Assembly (NCBI GenBank): GCA_020536535.1
Contig: JAHLWZ010000022.1
Coordinates: forward strand, 1 to 64,000
DNA length: 64,000 bases
Reading direction: 5' to 3'
DNA from: Pelomyxa schiedti
Taxonomy: Eukaryota; Protista; Evosea
Shown: positions 38,401 to 51,177 of the stretch, piece after piece
Layout: each line of letters begins with the position of its first letter
How positions within the stretch are numbered: the first letter of the stretch is position 1
The notes under the pieces: model-generated
What the model saw: the letters and a program-made list of their open reading frames with translations, nothing else
What the model was told of the DNA's origin: nothing
The model's database searches: none
Position numbers and translations under genes: made by a program

Positions 38401-39667
38401 CATTAAAGAGGCGAAGTCAGCAACAACCCACTCAAGTCTGTTTTCTGCACAAACACCAACAACACTTCTAGGTTTAATTCCACGTAAGTTCAAGCCACAA
38501 GCAATTGAACGAGATAAGGTAGCAACTTGTTCGTATGTGTACCACCTTCTGTGGCAATCACCCACGGGGGAGTATTTTGTGTTGTCACCTGGAGCAGAAA
38601 AAGGTTGACTGATGAACTGCCTATCAGCATATGTGCACAAGCAGCGTTGCAAAATACGCAGGGATGATGTGTACTTGCACATTTCAGTCTTGACTGGCCA
38701 TCGGGGCTCTTGAACTTTATGATAAAACAATGTTCCATCGTGATCATGCAACTGCTTGGATGTACCTCCAGCATAGCAAGTTTCACAAACAGCATGTTCG
38801 TCACATTCAGAGCAGCGCCAGTATCTTTCCCCGCCTTCCAATGATATTCTGCGTTTGCAAAACGCACAGCTCCAGGAGCTGGCACCATCTTCATAACGGC
38901 GAGGATACTTAATCTTCAATTTCCTAACAAGAATTTCATTTGCAGAATCATCACTTTGGTGCTTTGAGGTCACTCTTGATTCACCCCTGAACTCCATTGT
39001 ATCTAAAAAGGAACAAACCCAACCAATAAGTTAAACTCAAGTTACACAAAAAATGAAAAAAAAAGGCAATTTTCAACACACCCGGTGGCTGTGGGTTAAT
39101 AAGTAGGGAGTTTCCCCCATCCGTCACCATAGTCTGCTGCGGCGGTTGCTGCTGCTGCAGCATGTTCTGCTGCAAAAGAGACTGTATAGCAGCGGCAGCG
39201 TCTCCGCGGCCGCCCTGTGGGCCTCCCCCCAGGGTAACTATAGGCACATTCTTGCCGCCAAATAGCGCCTGCAGAATTGCACTTGTGGCAGCATCCTGCA
39301 CATTTCCCCCTTGACTTCGCGGCGGCTGCTGTTGCTGCTGAGAAGCCTGCGAGGGCGCGGGTGGCTGTGGAAATATAAACGGCTGCTGCGTTTGTGGTGT
39401 GCCGGAGCCTGTCATAGAAACAGAAGCTGATGTGGAATGCGTCGGTGTGCTGCCATTTGGTCCTTGTTGATGTTGATTGTGGTTGGTGTTGTTGTTGCTG
39501 TTGGCCTTGCTGTTCTTTTTGTTATGGTTGTTTCTTTTCTTGGTCATTTGGGAGTATACGGCCCTTGATATGACGTAAGCAAAAACTACGGCAATGGTCA
39601 CAGCCACAACGACAGCAACAACCACCGACGAAAGTGGCCGCCCCGTCCCATCATTCTCCCCCGACAT
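35491..39667 (-). CDS. Carboxylic acid reductase-like NRPS module (A-T-R) with N-terminal TM anchor and ZZ-type zinc finger
   Basis: A: ILYTSGSTGRPKG, YLPLSH, EGYGSTE, TGDIG, IDRR..KLSQGEFV; T: LGGDSLSA; R: ILTGATGFLG, GYSSSK, VFRP; ZZ: CAFC...CSECDEHAVCETC...HDH; TM exon joins in frame (PP|DTMEF). Confidence 0.88.
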
Positions 39668-39916
39668 ACGCTCAAACGCAACTAAAAAAAACCCCACGCA
39701 AGAAAGAGGGGCCAAAAGGGAAAATTTTTTTTTTAAAAAAAAAAAAGGGCGAGCCTCCTCACTCAGAGATAACGTACCGTCACTACAAAACGGAATCGAG
39801 CTTTCAATGAGGCAAGAAAAAATTCTAGGAACAAAGTGATGGTAGTGGCAGCAAGGGTTCAAGCTTACGATGGAATTTCCATCATTGAAAGAGTTATTGG
39901 GTGTGAATCACTGCCC

Positions 39917-42869
39917 TCAGAGGCGAGTAGTGGCCGAGAGGCTCGATGCACGCAAGGTGAGGCTGGAGCTCAGGGTATTTGCAGGCCGCAGGGAGCCTCG
40001 CCCAGTTGCCGCGGGTCTCCTGCCAGGCGTGGGCTTGTTACTGCCACTGCTGCTGCTGGTTGTGGTGGTGGTGGTCGCGGCGGCTGTGAGGGGCTGCTGG
40101 CCTGACTCGGTGACTTGCCGCCTTGCGGGTCCTAGCTTACATTCCCTGACATTCTTGGCGAAGGTGAGGGAGCTGCAGGGAGAGGGGGAGGGAAAAGGGA
40201 GGATTGGTTAGCGAGCTTGTGTGTTTGTGTGCTTTGTTTGGTAGAGTGGTTGGGTGAAGGGAGTGGGTGGGTTTTTTTTGGGTGTGGGTGAAACAAACGA
40301 GCTTACTTACTTGATGGTGTGGTTGGTATCGGACCGCATTGGAGAGATGTTGACGAACATGAGAACTTTGGATCCGGCTAATTGACATGAGAGGAAGAAG
40401 GAGAGGGAAAGGAGAAGAGGAAGGGGAGCCAAACCTGAAAGATACTCACGGAGCACGTGAGTTAATTTCGAAGCTCTGAAAGTGGCAGTGGCATTTTTTG
40501 CTTGGAGTTTGGCATTAGAGCGGATTTCGTAACAAGGGTGCATACATATGTTGAGGATTACTTGGCTCAGATGACTTAGTGAGAGGTTAATCGCCTTTGC
40601 TTCAGCTAGTCTTTGCCCAGTAACACCCGATTCTTCAATTCGTTCAGAGCCTGCCAGATCCACCAAATTTAACACGCTGTTAAATTTCTGCATAGTTTCA
40701 TTGTTCACTGCTCTTACTCTGAGTTGAAATATGCTTGGCGCAAAGTGAGTTTGTTGAGTTTGGGGAAGAAAAAAAAGAACCAGTGGGAACGAGAGGAATC
40801 AGCATTGAGAAGTGTTTCTGCCCGTGCTCTATTCTTTGCAGAGAGTGAGATGAGCTCGTAAACCTCTGCTGGGGTGCTCACTTTGACTATCCCAATTTAG
40901 TTTTAAAGTGATGAGCTCAACATTAATACTTGTGCTGAGGTTTGTTATGGTTACTTTCTGGTTCTTTTCCAGGATTGAGAGCTTTGCAGATTTATCGAGA
41001 GCGAGAAGGTCGTGCATTTCATCTAGGTAAATCTGTTTTGAGTAAATTAGGTATTCCCTCTCTTGGTTTATTTACATTACCTCCATGCATGAGACTTCAA
41101 ATTCATACGTCCAACCCTGAAGATTTTTTGAATTCTTGTATTGAAACACGTATTCCATAGCACGAGGAATGACACCCCGGAGGGTTTCAGCTCCTTCTTC
41201 ACTGAAAACATTGGGAGGGCCCTCCATTGTAAAGGTTTTGCCGCTCCCAGTTTGTCCATACCTGCAGAGGGTAAGAATAGTTGACCTATTTTCAACATAC
41301 GCAAATATACAGCAATGGTAACCATCCAGTACACTCTGGACAAGAGGTGCTATTTCCTGAAATACTTCTTCCTGTGTGGTCATCTTAGGGAAAACCTGGG
41401 AGTGGTGAGTAAAGTTTAGATAAGGTTTGGATGAACCTTGTCAAAGAGGAAAGGGTGCTTCTTTAAAGTGGGAGAACCAGTCACATCTTTCTTTTTGAAT
41501 GAAGTTGTGTCAAATCAGAAGCAACAAATAAAACTTACACTGGGCTCGAGTATGATGACCTCGCGGTAATCCTGCTCAAATTGAAATTGGGCTAACTCTT
41601 TATCACCTTTAAAAAGCCTTAGTAAACAATGCATTGAAGGTAAAAGCGCACTCAGCTCAGGCCTGATTCGGCAGTACACCCTAATACTTCCAATTTGTTC
41701 CTGCCATTTATTGTGTATCCTTTTCCGCTCTTCTTCTGACTCATGTAATTTATTCTTCAATTCACTAATAAGTTGCTCATTGGCAGTGATGGTGTTTGTA
41801 TGTTGTTCTATTTGAGCCATTGCCTCTTGTAATTGTTTTTGTGCAGTCTGGAGATTGTCTGTAACAGTTCATACAATAAGAAAGCCCTACCTCATATTCC
41901 TCTTGTAGAGTGGTCAATTCGGACAACCTCTCTTCACTGAGTTTCTTTAGTAAAATATTAGTCAGTGTGCTGTGGGAAGTGGGCTCTGGCGTGTGGAACC
42001 TATATCCAAGATTGTGCATGTGTCTGGGTGTGTGAACTGCCAGTTAATGGTGGATAGACCTTGAATCCGTCTCTAGAAAGACGAGTCTGTTCTAGGTCCT
42101 CTACAGCTTCTTTCAACTGCTCTAGTGTGGTCTGCAACTGGCCCTCTTTTTCACGGAGATTGTTCAAACGTTCTTCGGCCAATTCTTTGGCTTTGGTGAG
42201 ATCAACTTTCAGCCTTTCAGATTCCGTCGGCTTTTTTTCTTATGGATACACATTATTCCAAGGTGAAAATTTGCAGAGCAACCAGCAACCACACTCACGT
42301 GTAGTAGTAGCAGCAGAAGCAACAGCGCGAGACGCGGGCTTTTTCAAGAGCGCGGCCTTGGTCGCCGCAGCAGCGTTCGGCTTGTCCTTAGCTACAGTAG
42401 CACCACCGCTAATAGGTTTTCGCGTGGAAGCCGAGCTCTTGGGCCTGCTATCGGTCGTACCGCTAGTAGTAGAACTGCCCTTATCCGTAGTTGTTGTTTT
42501 GGGCTTTTTGGGTGCTGGATCATGTGCCACACCTCCAGTCTTACCACTTGACCTTAAGGGGGAAAAAAAAAAAAAAAAAAAAAAGTTAAAATAGGGCACA
42601 AAAAGGGGGTTTGACATGTGAACACACGGTTTGGAGTTTGTGGTTGCCGTCGCTGTGGGTTTTTTTGTTGTTGGTTCGCCTTGCGGTTGTTGGTCCAGGG
42701 CACCCGGCTGTGTGCGGTTATGGGATTGCTTGGTGGGCTTGGTAGCCACGACCTGCTGCTGCCTGGGTTGGTTTCTGTCGTGGGCGGCACCAACTTGGGT
42801 CGATGAAGACGAGGGCGACGACGTGCGGCGGGCCCTCTTCAAGGGCAACAGCTTCTCCTCATCGGCCAT
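39917..42869 (-). CDS. Kinesin-14 (C-terminal motor, Kar3/Ncd-like)
   Basis: Coiled coil then GSIRVYCRIRP, IFAYGQTGSGKTFTM, SSRSH, LVDLAGSER, SKLTHVL, MFVNISP. Confidence 0.92.
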
Positions 42870-43054
42870 TCAGCCACCGTTCCTTGTGTTTTTTTTTTTT
42901 TTCGGCGTTTCCGTGAACCCCAGACAGATCTCATACCTCTTGAGGTGCCGGACTTCCGGCGGACAATGAACCTGTTCTTCTTCACGTCACAGGTGCGCCT
43001 CCGTAACTCCGAGTATAGCCCAGCCACCGCGGTCTACAACAAGTTGGTTCATAA

Positions 43055-43995
43055 ATGAGAAGTGCCACCGCAGCAGCAGCGGCCGGCGGCAGTAAATTGT
43101 GGGCACGCAGGGCCAAACCCGCCTCATTTCGTTTCCCCTGGGCCGAGCACGAGAGAGAAGCCTGGCTCGTTGTGCCTGTGGCTTTCATCGTCTTCGCTGC
43201 GCTTTTCATATGCGGAGCCTTCAACGCGGCATATTGGAGCGTTTGCACAGAGGACACATACAACGACCCAGATACCACGTGCTCATCCTGCCACCCGGTG
43301 TGTAAAGTTCAGTTTATGAGCTTCTCCATGCCCAATCTGTACTTGCCAATCTCCACTGGTTTACGGACCTTTTGTTAGACGTGCATTTATGGCATAATTG
43401 AGCTTATTGCCTCCACTTACAGCTTTGTATTAGTTATAGTTTTTATGTTGTTTAAGGTCTGTCTTCTTTCTAATTATGACTTAATTATAGTGACGTCACA
43501 TAAAACAAACATGTTTTCTTAAGGGAACGCTGGTGACCATTCTTGGAATTGGGGCACTCCTTTGTAGGTAATTCCTTCATTCCGTGCGGATCAGTAAACC
43601 TTCTCCTATGGAACTTTGACTGTGCAGTAGAGTTCGCAACCATGCTGGTCGGAACTGTGTGAGTACTCGCCTGTGTTCATCCGACTTCATTCTCATTGTG
43701 CTTCAGCCTACAGCTATTGTTCCCTTGTAATCAGTCCTTTCCCCGTGCAATGACCCAAGTTTGTCTCGGCATACAGTGGGTTGCCGCTGGTGGTGCCCTT
43801 TCGGTGTTTGCTGTGATAGGTATCACTACCTGTGTAAGAAAGCATAGAAATGGTGAGAGGGCCCACATATTGTCAGAAAATGTGCAGGGAGACAATGACA
43901 CTGAAGCACCCAAACCAGCCTCACCATGTGCTACTGAACCCCAGGAAGTTAAAGTGACCAACTCTCGAGTAGCTCGCCAAGTTCGCCACATCTGA
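43055..43995 (+). CDS. Hypothetical multi-pass membrane protein
   Basis: Hydrophobic exons (WLVVPVAFIVFAALFICGAF; VCLGIQWVAAGGALSVFAVIGI) separated by GT-AG introns. Confidence 0.55.
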
Positions 43996-44189
43996 TCAAC
44001 AGGAACACCATTCCGGAATGTATTTTGAAACTCCCACTCCCTGTACAATTCCAATGCAGTGGTTCATGAACAATTTGAAAGTGAAAATTGGGAAGGAATT
44101 TTTTTTCTTTTTGTTGTCATTCTATTAGCCTCTTGAAACATACAACAACCTCTGTTTGTTCAAAAAATGTGTACCCCCTTTATGATTTT

Positions 44190-45487
44190 GACAGGGGTGG
44201 TGTGGGGGGTGCTGCTGAGGAACCTGCTTGTAGAGGACCACTACCCAAACCACCTACTTGAATAACAATACAAGTGGTATGGTCCATCTTCCCTGGGTAA
44301 AGTTTGTAATCCACGGGCAGCTTTTTGTCTGGATTCTTCTCCATCCAATCCCTATGTCACTGTCATTGTGGATATGGTGGCCAGAACTACAAACCGGCTC
44401 TCTTGTGTGCAGATTTGGCAGTACTCCAGAACGGAGTTCGCCACTGATGTGGGCGTTACATCATTGGATAGCATGCTGCCATGTAGGAAACCTCTGTTGG
44501 ATTTGGCAGAAAACACAATTTCCTCGAGTTTGGAAGCCCTGGACAATGTCAGTGGATATTTTTGAGGTGTTACTACATGTATGTTTCACAAAGATTGTGA
44601 GCAAGGGGCATATTGCTTGACATTGCTTCCTCCCAAGACATTGCGGAAAACCTGGCGCATAAATCACCAGGCTGCACTCCAAGAAACTCAGGAGTCAAGT
44701 TGTCATGCACTCCGTCACTTTTTGAAGAATAAGAAAAGGTGCACAATTTTCGTCACATACCTTGCACACAGTATCATATCTCCCGGGATGGCTTCAGTGT
44801 ACCAAACCCGAAGATTTCGCAAATCAGGGTGTTGACAGTCCACATAGGGACCCAGGCGGCCACCTGGATCCCTTCTATCCTCCGTCCCTCCAGGGCTGTG
44901 GTTCCCGCAACTAAATTGTATTAGCCTATCAGATTTTGTGGCAAACACACGTCATATCCGAGAATCTGTGTTCAGTAGAGGACCAAAAAAAAGCCTTTTG
45001 CCGAGTGATTAACAGCATAAATGTAACATGTGGCTCATATTGATACCTTGCAGTCACCAACTCCAATTAATATACAAGCATATGTCTCTGGGGTGGGAGT
45101 CTGTGGCCCTTTTCTCTTTGTTTTTTTGTAGTCGGCCAGTGGTACAATACATCCACCTAACAGAGTTGTGGTGCCCACTTCCCAAGCCTCTGGTTTCCCC
45201 CTTATAACAGCATTGTGAGCTTCTACAAGTGCGTTGATGACGATAGGGCTGATGTCTTTGATATTGTTTATTTTACTGTGACACAGTCAAAAGATGAAAG
45301 AAAACGAGATGTGCAACCAAAGACTTTCGCTCAAAAATTTGGTGAATGCTGTGCAAGCGGCTTTTGCAGCATCACGGGGTTTAACCCCCCAATTGCAACC
45401 ATCAGTTATACCTGGGAAGGGCAAAGTTATCTAGTTGGTAAAAGAGACGAGGGAATACAAAATGTGGTGAGTTTATCAAACATATGA
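44190..45487 (+). pseudogene. Degenerate gene, possibly a nuclease-domain effector remnant
   Basis: One frame over ~44194-44738 is interrupted only by single TAA (~44263) and TGA (44563); last exon WCPLPKPLVSPYNSIVSF...IVYFTVTQSK. Confidence 0.4.
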
Positions 45488-45681
45488 ATCGAATAGTGGT
45501 CACAAATTGGTTCCCCTTGCTTTGAATGTTGGCAATGATTTACTGATTTAATTATATTATGTGGTAGCATTGGCAATTGATACTTTGGTGTGGCTAGTGG
45601 GAGAGATGGGATATGTGGAAATACTCCGGGCACAGGCAATTCCTTGAAAAGATTGCATGGATTCATTGAGAGGCCCGTCTA

Positions 45682-46654
45682 TTACATGAAGTGGAATTGC
45701 ATCAGTAACAGGTTTAACTGGCTTCTGTGGAAACTCTGAGAGAACTTCTTAAAGCAAACAATGTAATTAAACAAATCGTTACTAAAGGGACAAACGAGAA
45801 TTAAAAAACAAAATTGGAGATTAAGAAAAACGAGAGCGCACGTTGGGAATGGCCCTGCAAATGTGAAGAACTCCATTTGAGGGATCTCCTGTGAAGTCCA
45901 CAGAAATTTTTTTCAGAGCGGACTTAGTTTGCTGCAATAGAGTGGTTTTCTGCAAAAGTCACCTTACTTGAAGCAGAGAGGAAAAAAAACCTAATACTAC
46001 CTCCTTTTCTTCGGCCTCAAGTTCTTGAAGCTTTGCCTTCAAGGCAGCCTGCTTTTCTGAGATTCGAGCCAACCTTATTTATTTTTTTAAATTGTGTTAT
46101 TGGTGTAGCAAATGAAGCATGCTATACCGAGCTTCAAGTGCAGCTACGTCGTGAGTTAGTCTCTTATGCACAATTAAATTTACGCCCACAGGAGCAATTC
46201 CGTCAGGTCCGCAACTCGAAGAATCCGAAGATGATAAAGAGGAAGAAGCCGAAGAGCACGACAAGAGGTGAGGTGACGAAGTCGATGTAGTAAGGTGAGG
46301 TGTTGGTGAAGCAGGGGATGCCTTCGGAAGCACCAAGTGTGGCGACGACAGCGACGGCGTGACTCGGTGCTGCTGCGTCGGCGTTTGCGATTGCGGTAAT
46401 GCTCGCTGCTGCGTCAGCGTCGGCGTTGGCGTCTGAGGCTGAGGTTGAGATTGAGATTGCGATTGCGGTTGCGGTTGGTTTTGAGTTGATACGGCCGTGT
46501 CGGAGGAACAAGATGACGACGACGAAGATCCAGGGGGAGGCGAGGATGAAGTGCCAGATTCTACGGAGGGGAGATCTGGTGTTGTGGGAGTTGAGTTTAC
46601 AGAAGAATGTGGTAACGGCGGCGTCGCCGTTTGTGTTGTTGCCGACGTGCGCAT
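45682..46654 (-). CDS. Hypothetical protein, low-complexity N-terminus plus short coiled coil
   Basis: Ser/Thr/Gln-rich exon 1 splices to LARISEKQAALKAKLQELEAEEKE; 3' end uncertain. Confidence 0.45.
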
Positions 46655-47040
46655 CCCGTGCACTTACAAGTGACACTTTTTCGTTTGTTTGTTTTTTGCT
46701 TTGGCTTGATTCGGCGTAGATCACCCTTCATTTCTGCACTGTATGTTGCCCGAAAAAAAGTTACACCATCTTTCCACACAGATTGTCACGTTCAAAGGAA
46801 TGCTCTGAGAGTTTCCAGTGATATCAACAACAGGATATGAAACTCACTCCGCAGGAATCCGAATGCTCCTGTGTGGAGGGCCATTCCCCAGTCCAGCAGA
46901 AAAAAGTAACCGCACACGAGAAAAACGGAAGAAAAACTAGGTGAACATTAAAAAAAGAGAGGAAAACCCATAAAGGAGCATCACAAACAACCAAAAACAA
47001 AAAAAAATAAAAAGGAACCAAAGTGACGTGACTGTCGCAC

Positions 47041-50000
47041 ATGGGTATGTTGCGCAAACAATTTGTGGACCATAATAGTTTGGCACGGAACACCACTCCC
47101 AACAACACCCGTGTTTTTTGTTGGGAGTGGTTTTTTTTTTTTTTTTTTTTTTTTGGTAAAAAAAAAAATAATTGTACACAAGCAACTACTTTGAAGCTCT
47201 ATCGACCCGAATGCGGCCTCGAATTCACATATGTTGAGCCAGTAGACTCCAACCCTGCTTTGGCGTCTGTGATTTGTTCCGTGTGCAAGGGACCTTTCCT
47301 TGACCCAATGACTCACGTCGAGTGCGGTAACACCTTCTGTGCCCGGTGTATCTCAAAGGTTTTTTTTTTCCCCTTTCAATCTCTTATTTTGCTTACTCGG
47401 TCCCTTCCTCTTACCAACATTAAGGCAAACACCTGCCCAACTTGCAGTGCAGAGATGTCTCTTGATCAAAAAGTACCAGTTCGTGCAATGTCCATGCTTC
47501 AACTTGTGGATTCTTTGATGGTTTCTTGTCCGACGTGCAAAGGAGCTTTTCCCAGGAAACAAATTATTCCACACTGGAACAAGTGCCCCATTCGTGAGTC
47601 TCTTTCAACACTTTAACACTCACCAATCACAAACAAAGCGTGCCCTCAAGGCTGCTCTGCTCAAATTTTTCCTGTTTCCTACATCCAGCACCAAAATACC
47701 TCCTGCTCGGAGACACTTGTAACTTGCCCTCGTTGCCAAGTTCGAGCTAAACGTGGGGTTATCTCGAGTACAGAACATAAAACCTCCTGTCCCGACGGTA
47801 AGCACGTTTTCTGCCTAATTTTATACTCATTTAACAACACACACACAACAAAAAAGACTGTCCAAATGGCTGCCATCAAAAAGTCCCACCAAAAGATTTG
47901 GACAGGCACTATGAAGTGTGTCCTGAAGCAACCTTTACATGTGGACGATGCTCTCAAAAGGTAAAAAGAGGCAAATATTCATCAGAGCATGTACCTGTTT
48001 GTCCATTCGGCATGTTTTTGTTATTTATGATTGATTTAATAATGGGTAAATAGTGTGTGGTTGTGGTGCTCTAGTTGCCCCAAAGGATCTTGCTACCCAC
48101 GAGAATTCTGGGTGCAAGACGGCACCAGTTCATTGCTCTGCACAGTCAGTGTTGTGCCCATGGATTGGTAAATAACTCTTTTTCTTTTTTTTCTCATATC
48201 TTAATATCGTTCCCAGGCCCACGCACTGAGCTTTCAGACCATGAGAGATCGTGTCGTTTTATGGCAATGAAAGAGCTGCTTAGCCCCATTTTAGAAATTA
48301 TCACTACTGGAGGTGCACATCTCCCTTACAACAATAAGGGTAAAGATCTTTCTGGCCAGGATCTGAGTAGAAAAGTGATGAGAGGGTGGAATCTGCAGGA
48401 GGCAGATTTGCACGGTTGTAACTTGGAGATGTGTGATCTTTCCATGGCGGATCTCAGTGGAGCAAACCTGTCTGGTGCCAATCTTATCCAAGCCAAACTA
48501 AAGGGTGCTATTCTTGTGGGCGCTAATCTGTCTGATGCCCTCCTTGTTGGAGCAACTCTACGCGGGGCCAATCTCACAAAATGCATTATGCGGAAAGCCA
48601 ATCTGGTGAATGCGGATTTAAGTGAGACAATTGTTACTGGGCTTGACGTTACACATGCCAATATGATTGGAGTTCGGAGATTGTTAAGCTCAACCAAGGT
48701 GGTACCCAGTTTGACCAGAGCAATTGGTTTGTGCCTTAAATCGAAATCAACAATAATTAACCCGTGCCAGAAACGTGGCCCAAGAACAGCTGGAGAGAAT
48801 TGACTAACCTGGATTTAACCTTTTCTGACAGTAATTTGACTGTCAGAAACACAACCAACAACACTCAAAGTACTTTTGCTGAGTATGGCATTCCACTGGG
48901 AGCCTGTTTCACCTGGAAGATTAAGGTTGGGTCAGTTGATTGCCGACATGGTGGTCCTGGTGTTGCAATTCCATCTGCTTCAATTGGGCGAGGCAATCAC
49001 GGCGATAGTTCTGGGTGCTGGAAGTGGCAAGCGGGAGGATTGACATTCACTAATGGAACCAGCACCGATACCGAACACCATTTTACAGGAGGCGATGTAC
49101 TCACATGCCTTTGTGACAGACGGAAAGAGCCAACTATTTTCACCATTGCGAAGAACGACACCGAAGTCAAGCGCTTCACCATTGTAACTATACCCTTCCC
49201 CTGCTACTTTCTAACCTTCTTGTGCAGACAACCGATCAGGAACTTGTTCCGTTTATTGGCGCTTGCTGCACAAATAACGCGTTTACAGCAGAGTTCAATA
49301 TTCCACAGCCACTAGCCCTCGAATTGCCTGGTGCCCTGAATTTGGATTCTGCAGTTTTCATTGACCCTGCCTCTAACAAATCAGCTGCAGGTTAGTATCA
49401 ATATTTTATTGATTTCCCTAATAATGTTGTTGCAGCTAAGCCAACCAAGAAACGTGAGTTTCCTGTTTTGATCTTTTTTCCTAAAGCCTTAACACTTCTA
49501 CCCAGCGGTGGGAAAATATGCTGAAGACGCATGGCGTCACCTATCGGGAGTAAATTGCGACTTTTCCGATGGCGATAGAACCTTGACCAATTCGAACCAT
49601 GCTACTCAAAGCACTGTATCCAAGCTTCCTTGTGCCCATGGGCAGGCAAGATGGTGGGCAATAACTGTGAACAATGCCAACTGCGACGCCTGTGGCTTTG
49701 GTGTAGTTCATGAAAATAAGTGTGAATGCATTTCCAACACACATGCCGATAGTAACAATTGTTGGAAGTGGGAAAGTGTTGGACGTTTCTACAGCAATGG
49801 TATCAGAGCAGATTTCCCTGAGCAATTTGCAACTGGTGATGTGATTGGACTCCTTTGCGACCGAAGGCCCGGGAAGCATACCTTGTCCTTTTACAAAAAT
49901 GGCACTTTGGCAAGAACTTTGACTGGATTGCCCGACAGCGCATCCGACAAGATCTTTCCCTCTATAACACCTTGCTGTAAGGAAGATTCTTTCACTGCCG

Positions 50001-50907
50001 ACTTCTGTGCCTATGCCCCAGAAGAAGTACTTCGAGAGATACCTGGCCTCACACCCCCTCCACCACCTCCAGATGTCGGTCCGTATTTTTCTTCTTCTTG
50101 GGGAAAACTACTGACTTATGACGTAGATATTTCCCTATATCCTACAGACACATGGAAACAACTCGAAGGACTTGACATGGAATTCCAGAACAACAAACTA
50201 ACTGTGACCAATCCTGGAAAGCGCACTCAGTGCACAATATCCGAGCTTGGCATTCCTATGGGAGTCCAGCGTTATTGGGAGGTATCTATTTTCCGCCGTC
50301 CCACCAAATCACTAAGTAAAACAAGGTTGTGATTGAGGCCACCAGTTGTTCTGCGTGTGGCCTTGGAGTTACCATTGATAGTGCTCAAGTTGGCATGAAC
50401 AGTTACGCTGATAAGAATGGATGCTGGAAATGGGAAAAGATTGGAAGGTAACAGTTTCAAATTACACGGCTTTTCGTTATAACATTTCCATTAAGGTTTT
50501 TCGCTAATGGAGTAGTGGTCAAGCAGCTTACTGGTTTCGTGGAGGGTGACACTATAGGTGTTTTTGTGGACAGGACCCCAGGCAAAGGGACAGTGACTTT
50601 CTACAAGGTTTGACAAAAAAAAAAGCCCAAAACCAAATAGCCCCAACACCCAAAACTCGATTCTAACACGAGAATCTAGAACGGCGAGGAGGTAGCGGTG
50701 CTCAGCGGCCTTCCTGAAGAGGAAAACATCCACGCGCACCCCTGCGTTGTGCCTTGCTGCAACGGCGCCTCGTTCACCGGCGTGTTCGGCGCCCCACTGC
50801 CCGCTTCCATCATCGCGGCGCAAGAAGCAGCCAAAGCCGCCGCGACAGCAACCACAACTTCCTCTGCCGCCGCCGCAGCAACGCCCTCTACAAGCGGAGG
50901 TCACTGA
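47041..50907 (+). CDS. RING + TRAF-type zinc fingers + pentapeptide repeats + three SPRY-like domains
   Basis: CSVC...CGNTFCARC...CPTC RING; several CPxGC...H...C fingers; A(D/N)Lxx repeats 48340-48660; three related SPRY units (GDV(L/I)...CDR, CWKW). Confidence 0.8.
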
Positions 50908-51177
50908 GTAAACTGAGGAACTACTACTGGCGGAATGGAACCCACCCTCCTGCTCTCGTGGTCTGACTTGGACTTGGTGAATCATTAAAAATGCAGAGTT
51001 AAATATCTCCTTGCTCGTTTTGGCTTTTTTCGTCGTTCTGTGAAAGGATTTCGACAACATCAAAGCCGCGGTTGTGAAAACAAACAAACATCTTAAAAAC
51101 ACAAAAAAAAACAACGACGTTGTAACACCATAGGCACGACACGTACCGCAAACACCTGTAGGACGAAAATTCGACGA

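Noticed and set aside
25934-39667. ACBP plus CAR as a lipid biosynthetic gene cluster
   Set aside because: About 9 kb apart, separated by unrelated housekeeping genes; no tailoring enzymes or PPTase nearby
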